NCBI GenBank assembly: GCA_963747235.1
Contig: CAVVEU010000002.1
Coordinates: 32,001-96,000, forward strand
From: an uncultured Candidatus Rokubacteria bacterium
Lineage (GTDB): Bacteria; Methylomirabilota; Methylomirabilia; Rokubacteriales; CSP1-6
Length of the DNA: 64,000 bases
Direction: 5' to 3'
Below, piece after piece: positions 45,280-61,355 of this stretch. The notes under the pieces are model-generated. The model made no database searches. It was not told where the DNA came from and saw nothing but the letters and a program-made list of their open reading frames with translations. The translations under genes and the position numbers were made by a program. Each line of letters opens with the position of its first letter. Position 1 is the first letter of the stretch.

Positions 45280-46374
45280 ATGGAAGTGCATGTGGATCGT
45301 GATGCATTCATGCGCGGACTCCAGATGGCACACAACGTGGTCGAGCCGCGTCAGACGTTGCCGGTGCTGGCCAACGTGCTGCTCGAGGCTCAGGGTGACT
45401 CCCTGAAGGTGACCGCGACCGATCTCGAGGTCAGCGTGCGCGTGACCGGGCCCGCCAAGGTGGTCAAGCCCGGGACGATCACGATCTCGGCGCGCAAGCT
45501 GATGGAGATCGTCAAGGAGCTGCCGTCGGCCCCGCTCGCCCTGAAGGTGCAGGAGAACGCCTGGGTCGCGCTTCGGTGCGCGGGCGCGTCGTACCGGCTG
45601 GTCGGACTCACGCCGGAGGAGTTTCCCGCGGTGGGCGATGGGGCGACCACCGGCTGGCTGACGATCGACGGCAAGGTCCTGCGCGACATGCTGGGCCAGA
45701 CGACCTTCGCGATCTCCCACGACGAGAGCCGCTATGCCCTCAACGGGATCCTGTTCGCGGTGCAGGACAAGGAGCTCCGCATGGTGGCCACCGATGGGCA
45801 TCGGCTGGCCCTGGCGGTCCGCCAGCTCCCGGGTGCGGGGCCGGCGATGTCGGGGATCGTTCCGCGCAAGGCGGTCCAGGAAGTCGCCCGCATCGTGGGG
45901 TCCGGCGAGGAAGTGGAGATCGCGGTCAGCGACAATCAGTTCATGATCCGCATGCCGAACGTGCTCCTGATGGCACGGCTGATCGAGGGCACGTTCCCGA
46001 ACTATGAGCAGGTCGTGCCGCGCGCGCATCCGCACCGGGTGACCCTGTCGCGCGCGGCGCTGACTGCCGCGCTGCGTCGGGTTTCGGTCCTGTCCGAGGA
46101 GCGGACGAAGCCGGTGCGGTTCCTGCTGTCGCCGGGGCAGCTCAAGCTGACCGCGAATAGCCCGGATTACGGCGAAGCCGAGGAGCAGATGGAGGCGCAG
46201 TTCGCGGGAGAAGAGATCGCGATCGGGTTCAACTCGCGCTACGTGCTCGATGCGCTGAACGCGCAGGGTGGCGAGCAGGTTCTGATCGAGTTGAAGGACG
46301 GTTTGAGCCCCGGAGTGTTCAAAAGCTTCGAGGACGAGGGAACCCTCTGTGTTATCATGCCCATGAGGATTTAA
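45280..46374 (+). CDS. dnaN: DNA polymerase III beta clamp
   Basis: ATDLE, VATDGHRLA, IVPRK, GTFPNY, VIMPMR. Confidence 0.98.
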   Translation: MEVHVDRDAFMRGLQMAHNVVEPRQTLPVLANVLLEAQGDSLKVTATDLEVSVRVTGPAKVVKPGTITISARKLMEIVKELPSAPLALKVQENAWVALRCAGASYRLVGLTPEEFPAVGDGATTGWLTIDGKVLRDMLGQTTFAISHDESRYALNGILFAVQDKELRMVATDGHRLALAVRQLPGAGPAMSGIVPRKAVQEVARIVGSGEEVEIAVSDNQFMIRMPNVLLMARLIEGTFPNYEQVVPRAHPHRVTLSRAALTAALRRVSVLSEERTKPVRFLLSPGQLKLTANSPDYGEAEEQMEAQFAGEEIAIGFNSRYVLDALNAQGGEQVLIELKDGLSPGVFKSFEDEGTLCVIMPMRI

Positions 46375-46398
46375 CACCTCTCATGGGAGCGAAAATCG

Positions 46399-49865
<3,467 letters not shown>

Positions 49866-49883
49866 GAGACGCGGAGCCGGTCC

Positions 49884-52331
<2,448 letters not shown>

Positions 52332-52365
52332 GCCCCGCCGGCGTGCCGCGCCGGACGGGGTGACG

Positions 52366-52393
52366 GAGGCCGCGCAGCTGCGGCCTCTTTTTT
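52366..52393 (+). terminator. Rho-independent terminator after gyrA
   Basis: GAGGCCGC-N6-GCGGCCTC followed by T6. Confidence 0.88.
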
Positions 52394-52407
52394 GTTATGG
52401 TGTCCCT

Positions 52408-52440
52408 CCTCTCCCCTGGGGGAGAGGGCAGGGTGAGGGG
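52408..52440. repeat. Single unit of the REP-like palindrome in the serS leader
   Basis: cctctcccctgggggagagggcagggtgagggg, near reverse complement of 7510-7544. Confidence 0.8.
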
Positions 52441-52453
52441 TGGAGGTAACACG

Positions 52454-53743
52454 ATGCTCGACATCAAGCTGATCCGAGAAGATCCCGCGGCGGTGGAGCG
52501 CGCCCTCGCGACGCGCGGCGCCCCCGTGTCGCTCGCGCCCGTGCTCGCGGTGGACGCGGAGCGCCGGCGCCTGCTGACCGAGGCCGAGGAGCTCAAGGCC
52601 GAGCGCAACCGCGCCTCCGAGGCCATCGGCCAGGCCAAGCGCCGCGGCGAGGCCGCGCAGGCCGCGACGGCGCTCATGCGCGAGGTCTCCGACCGCATCA
52701 AGGCGCTCGACGCGCGGGTCAAGGAGGCCGACGCGCGCCTCGAGGCGCTGCTGCTGGAGATCCCGAACGTCCCGCACGCGAGCGTGCCGGTGGGGCGCTC
52801 GGCCGACGACAACGTGGAGGTGCGCCGCTGGGGCACGCCGCGGCAGTTCGGGTTCGAGCCGAAGCAGCACTTCGAGCTCGGCGAGGCGCTCGGCCTCCTC
52901 GACTTCGATCGCGCGAGCAAGATCGCCAAGGCGCGGTTCACCGTCATGTGGGGCGCGGCCGCCCGACTCAGCCGCGCGCTCGCGCAGCTCATGCTCGATC
53001 TGCACACGCGCGAGCACGGCTTCACCGAGGTGTGGGTGCCGCATCTGGTGAACGCGGAGACCATGACCGGGGTCGCCATGCTGCCCAAGTTCGAGGAGCA
53101 GATGTTCAAGACGGTGGAGCCGGACGCGGGCCGCACGCTCTACCTGATCCCGACCGCGGAGGTCGCGCTCACCGCGCTGCACGGCGGCGAGATCCTGCCC
53201 GAGGCCGAGCTGCCCCGGCGCTACTGCGCCTTCACGCCCTGCTACCGCCGCGAGGCCGGCACTTACGGGCAGGACACCAAGGGCATGATCCGGCAGCACC
53301 AGTTCGACAAGGTCGAGATGGTCAAGCTGGCCGTGCCCGGGCAGTCGTACGACGAGCTCGAAGCAATGGTCGGGAGCGCGGAAGCGGTGCTCCAGCGGCT
53401 CGAGCTGCCGTACCGGGTGATGGCGCTCTGCACCGGCGACATGGGCTTCCACTCCGCCAAGACCTACGACCTGGAGGTCTGGCTGCCGGGGCAGGGGAAG
53501 TACCGCGAGATCTCCTCGTGCTCGAACTGCGAGGCGTATCAGGCGCGGCGGCTCGACATCAAGTACCGGCCCGCGGGCGGCGGTCGGGTGGAGCTCTGCC
53601 ACACGCTCAACGGCTCCGGGCTCGCGGTGGGGCGCACGCTGATCGCGGTGCTGGAGAACTACCAGGAGGCCGACGGGTCCATCACGGTGCCGACCGCGCT
53701 CCGTCCCTACATGGGGGGCCTCGAGCGCATCACGGCCCGATAG
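52454..53743 (+). CDS. serS: Serine--tRNA ligase
   Basis: [35 protein letters not shown]. Confidence 0.98.
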   Translation: MLDIKLIREDPAAVERALATRGAPVSLAPVLAVDAERRRLLTEAEELKAERNRASEAIGQAKRRGEAAQAATALMREVSDRIKALDARVKEADARLEALLLEIPNVPHASVPVGRSADDNVEVRRWGTPRQFGFEPKQHFELGEALGLLDFDRASKIAKARFTVMWGAAARLSRALAQLMLDLHTREHGFTEVWVPHLVNAETMTGVAMLPKFEEQMFKTVEPDAGRTLYLIPTAEVALTALHGGEILPEAELPRRYCAFTPCYRREAGTYGQDTKGMIRQHQFDKVEMVKLAVPGQSYDELEAMVGSAEAVLQRLELPYRVMALCTGDMGFHSAKTYDLEVWLPGQGKYREISSCSNCEAYQARRLDIKYRPAGGGRVELCHTLNGSGLAVGRTLIAVLENYQEADGSITVPTALRPYMGGLERITAR

Positions 53744-53753
53744 TCAGCGACGC

Positions 53754-53843
53754 GGAGGGGTGGCCGAGTCCGGTTGAAGGCGCCGGTCTTGAAAACCGGA
53801 ATCCCGCAAGGGATCGGGGGTTCGAATCCCTCCCCCTCCGCCA
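53754..53843 (+). tRNA. tRNA-Ser(TGA)
   Basis: Loop CTTGAAA, long variable arm, GCCA end. Confidence 0.97.
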
Positions 53844-53853
53844 TTTTCCGGCT

Positions 53854-55587
53854 TCAGCCGCGGCCCGCGGTCTCCTCGACGGTGGCCGCGCCGTTCGCGT
53901 GCGGCGTCACGACCAGGTTCCGCGCATGGAACGGCCGCAGCGTGCTCCGGTGGCCGACGCTCACCAGGGTGACGCCGGGGAGCCGCTCGCGCAGGAGCGT
54001 GTAGAGCCGGACCTCGCTCGCCTCGTCCAGCGCCGAGGTGGCCTCGTCGAGGAAGAGCCAGGCGGGCTTCTGCACCAGGGCGCGCGCGAAGGCGATGCGC
54101 TGCTGCTCGCCCGGGGACAGGGCGAGCGCCCAGTGGGCGGGCTCGCCGAGCCGCCCGGCCAACGCCGGCAGCCCGACCGCCTCGAGCGCCTCCCGGAGCG
54201 CGGCGTCGTCGATGCCGCCCGGCGGAGTGGGATAGCTGACCACCTCGCGCAGGGTGCCGATCGGCAGGTAGGGCTTCTGAGGCAGGAAGAGCACGCGGCC
54301 GTCGCGCGGCAGGCTGATCGCGCCGGTGCCGAAGGGCCAGATGCCCGCGATGGCGCGGAACAGCGTGCTCTTGCCCACGCCGGACGGGCCGCTGATCAGC
54401 GCGGAGTCGCCGGGCCGGAAGTCGAGCGTCGCGGCCTCGAGGAGCGGCCCGCCGCCGGGGAGCTTCAGGTCCACGCGGTCGAGCGCGAGCGCCTCACCCG
54501 CGCCCGGAGTCCGCCGCACGCCGTCGCGGGCCGCGTCCGCGCGCATCCGCGCGAGCGTCCGCTCGAAGCCCACCAGCCGCTGCACGACGGAGCGCCACTG
54601 CGCGATGTCGGTGTAGGCGCTGATGATGAACGACAGCGAGTCCTGCACCTGGCCGAACGCGGACGCGACCTGCATGAGGCCGCCCAGCGGCATCTCCCCG
54701 CGGAAGTAGCGGGGCGCGGCGACCACGAACGGGAAGATGATCGCGGCCTGCCCGTAGCCGGCGGTGAACCAGGTGAGCCGCTTCTGCTGGCGCATGATGG
54801 CCCACCAGTTGCCGACCACCTCGCCGAAGCGATCGCGGAAGCTGCGCAGCTCGTCGGCCTCGCCCCGGTAGAGCGCGACCCCCTCGGCGTTCTCGCGGAA
54901 GCGCACGAGGCCGAAGCGGAAATCGGCCTCGTAGCGCTGCTGGTCGAAGTTCAGACGCACGAGCGGCCGGCCGATCAGGTTGGTGAGCCACGTGCCGACG
55001 ATCGCGTAGAGGAGCGCGGCCCACACCATGTAGCCGGGGATGGTCCAGCCCGCGCCGACGGGAATGGTGATCGAGCCCGAGAGCCCCCAGAGAATGCCGA
55101 GGAAGGCCACGAGGGTCACCACCGCGCGCATCCCGCCGATCCCGAGGGTGAGCGTGGCGCCCACGAAGAGCCGCAGATCCTCCGCGATGCGCTGGTCGGG
55201 GTTGTCGGTCTCCGAGGCCGTGAGCTGCATGCGGTAGTAGGCGCCGTCGGCGAGCCAGGCGCCGAGGTAGCGCTCGGTGAGCCAGCGCCGCCACCGGATC
55301 TGGAGCATCTGATTGAGGTAGATCTGATACACCGCGGCCACGATGAACAGGGCGGCGAGCCAGGTGAACCGGACGAGCTGGCTCCAGAAGACGGCGTAGT
55401 CCTTGTCCTGGAGCGCGTTGTAGAAGGCGTTGTTCCACTGGTTGAGGAGCACGTTGATGTAGACGATGCCCAGGTTGAGCCCGATCACCAGGATGAGGAG
55501 GCCGCGCCCGGCCCAGCGGTCCTCCGAGGACCAGTAGGGACGGACGAGAGTCCAGGTATCGTGCAGCAGTTCGCGCAGGCGAGCCAT
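53854..55587 (-). CDS. Fused ABC permease/ATPase (YddA/ABCD family)
   Basis: DNPDQRI, EADFRF, GPSGVGKST, LSPGEQQR, LDEATSALD. Confidence 0.93.
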   Translation of the reverse strand: MARLRELLHDTWTLVRPYWSSEDRWAGRGLLILVIGLNLGIVYINVLLNQWNNAFYNALQDKDYAVFWSQLVRFTWLAALFIVAAVYQIYLNQMLQIRWRRWLTERYLGAWLADGAYYRMQLTASETDNPDQRIAEDLRLFVGATLTLGIGGMRAVVTLVAFLGILWGLSGSITIPVGAGWTIPGYMVWAALLYAIVGTWLTNLIGRPLVRLNFDQQRYEADFRFGLVRFRENAEGVALYRGEADELRSFRDRFGEVVGNWWAIMRQQKRLTWFTAGYGQAAIIFPFVVAAPRYFRGEMPLGGLMQVASAFGQVQDSLSFIISAYTDIAQWRSVVQRLVGFERTLARMRADAARDGVRRTPGAGEALALDRVDLKLPGGGPLLEAATLDFRPGDSALISGPSGVGKSTLFRAIAGIWPFGTGAISLPRDGRVLFLPQKPYLPIGTLREVVSYPTPPGGIDDAALREALEAVGLPALAGRLGEPAHWALALSPGEQQRIAFARALVQKPAWLFLDEATSALDEASEVRLYTLLRERLPGVTLVSVGHRSTLRPFHARNLVVTPHANGAATVEETAGRG

Positions 55588-55687
55588 GTCGAAGGAACCT
55601 CCTCGGCCACAGCATAGCCCCGCCCGCCCGCCCCTTCCCGGTAGTCCGCCCGGCTCGAATGGCATATACTCTGTGGGCTTGACAGTT

Positions 55688-55781
55688 GGAGAGGTGGCCG
55701 AGTCGGCCGAAGGCAGCCGCCTGCTAAGCGGTTATAGGGGCAAAACCTCTATCCCGGGTTCGAATCCCGGCCTCTCCGCCA
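55688..55781 (+). tRNA. tRNA-Ser(GCT)
   Basis: Loop CTGCTAA, long variable arm, GCCA end. Confidence 0.97.
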
Positions 55782-55784
55782 TGC

Positions 55785-55861
55785 GCGCCCTTAGCTCAGA
55801 TGGATAGAGCGTCGGACTACGAATCCGAAGGCCAGAGGTTCGATTCCTCTAGGGCGCACCA
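55785..55861 (+). tRNA. tRNA-Arg(ACG)
   Basis: Loop CTACGAA, ACCA end. Confidence 0.97.
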
Positions 55862-55952
55862 TTTCACGACGCATCTTTGCCCTATCCTCGACCCGGTGGG
55901 GAGAGGGTAGGGCAGAGGGCGTCGCCCCCGCCGAGCCCGCCGACCGTACACC

Positions 55953-56402
55953 ATGGATGACGAGCACTGGATGGGCCTGGCCCTCGACGAAGCCGCGCGC
56001 GCGGCCCAGGGCGGCGAGGTCCCGATCGGCGCGGTGGTGGTGCTGGACGGCCGGCTCCTCGCGTCCGGCCACAACACGCCGATCGCCAGCCACGATCCCA
56101 CCGCGCACGCCGAGATCGTGGCGCTGCGCGCGGCGGCGCGGGCGGCGGGCAACTACCGGCTGACCGGCGCGACCCTCTACGCCACCATCGAGCCCTGCGT
56201 GATGTGCTGCGGGGCGGCGCTGCACGCGCGCATCGCGCGGCTGGTCTACGGCGCCGACGACGCGAAGGCCGGCGCGGTGCGCAGCGTCTACCGCCTGCTC
56301 GACGATGCGCGGCTCAATCACCACGTCGAGGTGACCGCCGGCGTGCGCGCGACGGAGTGCGGGGCGCGCCTCAGCGAGTTCTTCCGGGCGAAGCGGGCGT
56401 GA
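55953..56402 (+). CDS. tadA: tRNA adenosine(34) deaminase
   Basis: GEVPIGA, DPTAHAE, EPCVMC; directly follows its substrate tRNA-Arg(ACG). Confidence 0.97.
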   Translation: MDDEHWMGLALDEAARAAQGGEVPIGAVVVLDGRLLASGHNTPIASHDPTAHAEIVALRAAARAAGNYRLTGATLYATIEPCVMCCGAALHARIARLVYGADDAKAGAVRSVYRLLDDARLNHHVEVTAGVRATECGARLSEFFRAKRA

Positions 56403-56493
56403 GGGGCACGCTCGGTAGGGATGGACTCTCCCGTGCCCAGCGGCTACACTTGGGCACTTGAGATAGGGTGGAAGTGACCGTGACATCAGTCGC

Positions 56494-56585
56494 GGAGGGG
56501 TGGCCGAGCCCGGTTGAAGGCGTCCGACTCGAAATCGGATAGGGGCGCAAGTCCCTCGGGGGTTCAAATCCTCTCCCCTCCGCCA
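56494..56585 (+). tRNA. tRNA-Ser(CGA)
   Basis: Loop CTCGAAA, long variable arm, GCCA end. Confidence 0.97.
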
Positions 56586-56622
56586 ATTTAGCGCACCTTC
56601 ACGAAGTGCCCGACAGTGGCGC

Positions 56623-56712
56623 GGAGGGGTGGCCGAGTGGCCGAAGGTGCGGCACTGGAAATGCCGTGTACGGGCAACTGTACCGTGGGTTCGAATCCCA
56701 CCCCCTCCGCCA
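56623..56712 (+). tRNA. tRNA-Ser(GGA)
   Basis: Loop CTGGAAA, long variable arm, GCCA end. Confidence 0.97.
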
Positions 56713-56732
56713 TTTTTCTCGCTCACAGCTTG

Positions 56733-56999
56733 GCCGTGCTAGACGGGGAGGTAGCGGTGCCCTGTAACCCGCAATCCGCTATAGCGGGGTTGAATTCCCT
56801 CTCGAGGGCCGGTCGTGTCGAATGAGCCGTACGGGACGGCGTTGAAGGTTGGGCCCCACGCAACGGGATGCGTCGAACCCCGCCAGGCCCGGAAGGGAGC
56901 AACGGTAAGGCGCCCCTCTCGTGTGCCGTGGGAGTACCTGACCGGAGCAGGTTTCGTGCGGCGATCGCGGTATGGTCGGTTCGATTGAGGGTGCACGGT
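56733..56999 (+). ncRNA. ffs: Signal recognition particle RNA, large (Alu-domain) type
   Basis: 5' GCCGTGCTAGACGGGGAGGTAGCGGTGCCCTGT; helix 8 CAGGCCCGGAAGGGAGCAAC; 3' GCACGGT pairs with the 5' end. Confidence 0.93.
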
Positions 57000-57001
57000 C
57001 T

Positions 57002-58776
57002 TTGACTTATCAGGTGCTGGCGCGGAAGTGGCGGCCGCAGGTCTTCGACGCGGTCGTCGGGCAGGATCCCGTCACGCGCACGCTGCGCAACGCGCTCGCC
57101 TCGGGCCGCGTGGCGCACGCCTATCTCTTCACCGGTCCGCGCGGCGTCGGCAAGACCACCACCGCGCGCCTCCTGGCCAAGGCGCTGGCGTGCACCGCGC
57201 GCACCGGGACCGAGGCCTGCGGCGCCTGCCCGTCCTGCCTGGACTTCGCCTCGGGCGCGCCGGTGGACGTGATGGAGATCGACGCGGCGTCCAACACGAG
57301 CGTGGACGACATCCGGACGCTCCGCGAGAACGTCAAGTATTCCCCCGCGCGCGGCCGCTTCAAGGTCTACATCGTGGACGAGGTCCACATGCTCTCCGGC
57401 GCGGCCTTCAACGCGTTCCTGAAGACGCTCGAAGAGCCGCCCGCGCACGTGGTCTTCATCCTCGCCACCACCGACCCCAAGAAGATCCCCGCCACCGTGC
57501 TCTCGCGCTGCCAGCGCTTCGACTTCCGCCCGATCTCGCCCGAGCTCCTGACCGCGAGCCTCACCCGCATCCTCGAGGCGGAGCGCGTGCCCTTCGAGCC
57601 GGGCGCGCTGCCGCTGCTCATCCGCGCCGCCGAGGGCAGCCTGCGGGACGCGCTCTCGCTGCTCGACACCGCGATCGCCTACGGCGAGGGCAAGCTCGAC
57701 GAGGCGAGCGTGGCCCGGCTGCTCGGCTCGTCGTCCCCGGTGCACGTGCGCGGCTTCGTGGGCGCCCTGCTCGCGGGCGACGGCGCCGCCGCGCTGGAGG
57801 CGGTGGACCGCGCCGCGACCGCGGGCGAGGACCTGGGCACGCTCTGCCGCGAGGCGGTCGAGATGACGCGCCGCCTGCTCGTGACCAAGGTCGCCCCGGG
57901 CGCGCCCTTCGTGGACCTGACGCCCGCCGAGGCGGCCGAGCTGAAGGCCGTCGCGGAGCCGGTGTCGGCCGACGAGCTGCTCTACGTGCTGCGCGCCTTC
58001 CTGGACGCCGACGCCGAGATGCGCCGCTCGCCGCATCCGCGCGTCGAGCTCGAGATCGCGGCGGTGCGCGCCACGCGGCGCCCGCGGCCGCAGGCCATCG
58101 AGACGCTGATCGGCAAGCTCGAGGAGGCGGAGGCGAGGCTGCGCCAGATGCCGGCCGCCGCGCCGAGCGTGACCGGTCGCCCCGTGGTCGTGCAGGAGAC
58201 GCTGCTCGACGCGCGCCCGGCCCCCGCGTCGACACCGCGCGCGCCGGCCCCGGCGCCGCCCGAGCCGTCCCCCGCGCGCCCGTCCAGTCCAGGCCAGCGT
58301 CGCCCGCGCCCCCGGCCTCGAGCGGCAGCAGCCGGTCGGCCGAGGCGGAGCCCCTGATGGAGGCCGCGGCCGCCGACATGGTGGCCACCGAGCCCGCGCT
58401 GCCCCCGGCCGCCGGGCTCGAAGCCGCGTGGGAGCGGGTCGTCACCGAGGTCATGAAGCGCAAGGCGGTGCTGGGCTCGGTGCTCCAGCACGCCACGCCG
58501 CTCCGCGTGGAGGACGGCGTGCTCACGCTGGCGCTCCAGGCCAGCGGCTTCCACCGGGAGATGCTGAACGATCGCGGCAGCAAGGAGCTGATCAACGAGG
58601 CCGTGCAGCGCCACGTGGCGTCGGCGCGGCGCTTCGAGCTCGACGTCAATGGCGGCGCGGTGAGCAGCGGCGGGGGAGCCCGGAACCACCCGGCGGTGCA
58701 GGCCGCGCTGAGCGCATTCCAGGGCGAGGTGGTCGCGGTGCGGCCGCGCAGCCCGGAGGAAGGAGAGTCACGGTGA
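57002..58776 (+). CDS. dnaX: DNA polymerase III gamma/tau (frame break in Pro-rich linker, about 58270-58315)
   Basis: YQVLARKWRP, GPRGVGKTT, DEVHML, SRCQ; C-terminal domain in the -1 frame. Confidence 0.95.
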
Positions 58777-59087
58777 AAGGCTTCGGCAACATCATGAAGG
58801 AGGCGCAGAAGCTCCAGGCCCAGATGGAGCAGCTCCAGGCGGAGGCGGGCAAGAAGACGGTGGAGGCCACCGCGGGCGGGGGCATGGTCACGGTGGTGGC
58901 GAACGGCAAGCAGGAGATCGTGTCCATCAAGATCGACCGCGAGGTCATCAATCCCGAGGACGCGCAGATGCTCGAGGATCTCGTGCTGGCCGCGAGCAAC
59001 GAGGCGCTGCGCAAGTCCAAGGAGATGGTCCAGGGCGAGATGAGCAAGATCACGGCCGGGCTCAAGATCCCCGGCCTCGGCATGTAA
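58773..59087 (+). CDS. ybaB: YbaB/EbfC nucleoid-associated protein
   Basis: MKEAQKLQ, AGGGMVTV, MLEDLVLAA. Confidence 0.95.
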   Translation: MKGFGNIMKEAQKLQAQMEQLQAEAGKKTVEATAGGGMVTVVANGKQEIVSIKIDREVINPEDAQMLEDLVLAASNEALRKSKEMVQGEMSKITAGLKIPGLGM

Positions 59088-59689
59088 TGGCCTACTACCC
59101 GGAGCCGGTGGCGCGCCTCATCGACGCGCTGCAGCGCCTGCCCGGCATCGGGCCCAAGACGGCCCAGCGGCTCACCTTCTTCCTCCTCAAGCGGCCGGCC
59201 CCCGAGGTCGCCGCGCTCGGCGAGGCGCTGACCCAGCTCAAGCAGCGCATCGTCCACTGCTCGGTGTGCTTCAACGTCACCGAGCTGGATCCCTGCCGCA
59301 TCTGCGAGGATCCCCAGCGCGATCAGCGGACGCTCTGCGTGGTGGAGGAGCCCAACGACCTGCTCGCGCTCGAGCGCACCGGCGAGTTCCGCGGCCGCTA
59401 CCACGTGCTGCTGGGCGCGCTGTCGCCGCTCGACGGCATCGGGCCCGAGGATCTGCGAGTGCGCGAGCTGCTGGTCCGGCTGGAGAACGACCAGGTCGAG
59501 GAAGTGATCCTGGCCACCAACCCGAGCGTGGAGGGCGAGGCCACCGCGATCTACCTGGCCAAGCTGCTCAAGCCGTTCGGCATGCGCATCACCCGCATCG
59601 CCCGCGGGCTGCCGGTGGGCGGCGACCTCGAGTACGCCGACGAGGTGACGCTGTCCAAGGCCATGGAGGGGCGGCGCGAGATGGGGTAG
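59087..59689 (+). CDS. recR: Recombination mediator RecR
   Basis: LPGIGPKTAQRL, C4 zinc finger, ILATNPSVEGEATA. Confidence 0.98.
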   Translation: MAYYPEPVARLIDALQRLPGIGPKTAQRLTFFLLKRPAPEVAALGEALTQLKQRIVHCSVCFNVTELDPCRICEDPQRDQRTLCVVEEPNDLLALERTGEFRGRYHVLLGALSPLDGIGPEDLRVRELLVRLENDQVEEVILATNPSVEGEATAIYLAKLLKPFGMRITRIARGLPVGGDLEYADEVTLSKAMEGRREMG

Positions 59690-59748
59690 GGAGGCTTGGC
59701 GACGGTCGGGGCGTGTGATAAAACTGACCCGACGGTTCCCTCCCTGAT

Positions 59749-59823
59749 TCCCCGATAGCTCAATGGTAGAGCATCCGGCTGTTAACCGGAGGGTTGCAGG
59801 TTCGAGTCCTGCTCGGGGAGCCA
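59749..59823 (+). tRNA. tRNA-Asn(GTT)
   Basis: TCCCCGA acceptor, loop CTGTTAA, GCCA end. Confidence 0.97.
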
Positions 59824-59861
59824 CCCCTTCCGGCCGAGACCCCGATGCTATAATCGGCCCC

Positions 59862-61334
59862 GTGACCCCCCTGAGCCCGGCCCGGAAGACGCTCCTCCGT
59901 CGCGAGATGGAGGCCCTGCTCGGCCCGGGTGGCGTGCTCTCCGATCCGGAAGAGCTGCTGGTCTACGAGTCCGACGGGCTCACCCTCTTCCGCGCCCTCG
60001 CCGACTTCGTGGTGTTCCCGCGGAGCGCGGAGCAGGTGGCGGCCCTGGTCAAGATCGCCAGCCGGGAGGGCATCCCCTTCGTGGCCCGCGGCGCGGGCAC
60101 CGGGCTCTCCGGCGGCTGCCTGCCGTCGGAAGGCGGCCTCGTCATCTCGCTGATGCGGATGAATCGCGTGCTCGAGGTGGACTACGAGAACCAGATCGCG
60201 GTGGTGGAGCCGGGGCTGGTGAACCTCCACCTCTCGTGGGCGGTGGGGCCGCAGGGCTTCTACTATGCGCCCGATCCCTCGAGCCAGCAGGCCTGCACGA
60301 TCGGCGGCAACATCGCGAACAACTCGGGCGGCCCGCACACGCTCAAGTACGGCGTGACGACCAATCACGTGCTCGGCCTCGAAGTGGTCCTGCCGGACGG
60401 CGAGCTGATGTGGCTCGGCGGCAAGACGCGCGACGCGCAGGGCTACGACCTGGTCGGCCTCTTCGTCGGCTCCGAGGGCACCTTCGGCATCGCGACCAAG
60501 ATCGTGGTGCGCATCCTCAAGAAGCCGCAGGCGGTCAAGACCGTGTTGGCCGTCTTCGACCAGGTGGACCAGGCCTCGGCGGCGGTGTCCGCCATCATCG
60601 CGCGCGGCCTCGTGCCCGCCGCGATGGAGATGATCGACCAGCTCACGATCGAGGCGGTGGAGGACGCGTTCGGCTGCGGCTACCCGCGCGACGCGGCGGC
60701 CGCCCTCCTGATCGAGCTGGACGGCCTCGCGGCCGGCATGGAGGCGCAGGCCGAGCGGGTGGTCCAGGCCTGCCGCGATTGCGGCGCCCGCGACGTGCGC
60801 GCCGCGCGCGACGAGGCCGAGCGCCAGCTCCTCTGGAAGGGCCGCAAGTCCGCCTTCGGCGCGTATGGCCGCATCTCGCCCGCCTACATGGTGATGGACG
60901 GCGTGATCCCGCGCACCAAGCTGCCCTACGTGCTCGGGCGCGTGAACGCGATCGTGGCCGCCCACGGCCTGCGCGTCGGCAACGTGTTCCACGCCGGCGA
61001 CGGCAATCTGCACCCGAACATCCTCTACGACCCGCGCAAGCCGGGCGAGGAGGCGCGGGTGGTGGCGGCGGGCGCGGAGATCCTGAAGGTCTGCGCCGAG
61101 GTGGGCGGCTCCATCTCGGGCGAGCACGGCATCGGGCTCGAGAAGGCGGACTACATGCCGTTCATCTTCTCGGAGGCCGATCTCGCGTGCATGCGGCTGG
61201 TGAAGGAGGCCTTCAATCCGACCGGCCTCTGCAATCCCGGCAAGATCTTCCCCAGCAACAAGGCCTGCGTCGAGGTCGGCCCGGCCTATCGTCCGCATCC
61301 GATCGAAGAGAAGGGCCTCGCTCAGCGCTTCTAG
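59862..61334 (+). CDS. glcD: Glycolate oxidase FAD subunit GlcD-like
   Basis: ARGAGTGLSGG, PDPSS, HAGDGNLHP, GEHGIG. Confidence 0.92.
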   Translation: MTPLSPARKTLLRREMEALLGPGGVLSDPEELLVYESDGLTLFRALADFVVFPRSAEQVAALVKIASREGIPFVARGAGTGLSGGCLPSEGGLVISLMRMNRVLEVDYENQIAVVEPGLVNLHLSWAVGPQGFYYAPDPSSQQACTIGGNIANNSGGPHTLKYGVTTNHVLGLEVVLPDGELMWLGGKTRDAQGYDLVGLFVGSEGTFGIATKIVVRILKKPQAVKTVLAVFDQVDQASAAVSAIIARGLVPAAMEMIDQLTIEAVEDAFGCGYPRDAAAALLIELDGLAAGMEAQAERVVQACRDCGARDVRAARDEAERQLLWKGRKSAFGAYGRISPAYMVMDGVIPRTKLPYVLGRVNAIVAAHGLRVGNVFHAGDGNLHPNILYDPRKPGEEARVVAAGAEILKVCAEVGGSISGEHGIGLEKADYMPFIFSEADLACMRLVKEAFNPTGLCNPGKIFPSNKACVEVGPAYRPHPIEEKGLAQRF

Positions 61335-61355
61335 CGCGGGAATCCGGAGCTGCCC

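Noticed and set aside
53754-53843. tRNA-Sec
   Set aside because: The anticodon is TGA (reads UCA, Ser), not TCA, and the acceptor stem is the normal 7 bp; no selC is in the window
58260-58357. Programmed gamma/tau frameshift in dnaX
   Set aside because: The position in the linker is suggestive, but there is no A-rich slippery site, C5 runs are nearby, and 13 other indels occur in the window; sequencing error is more likely
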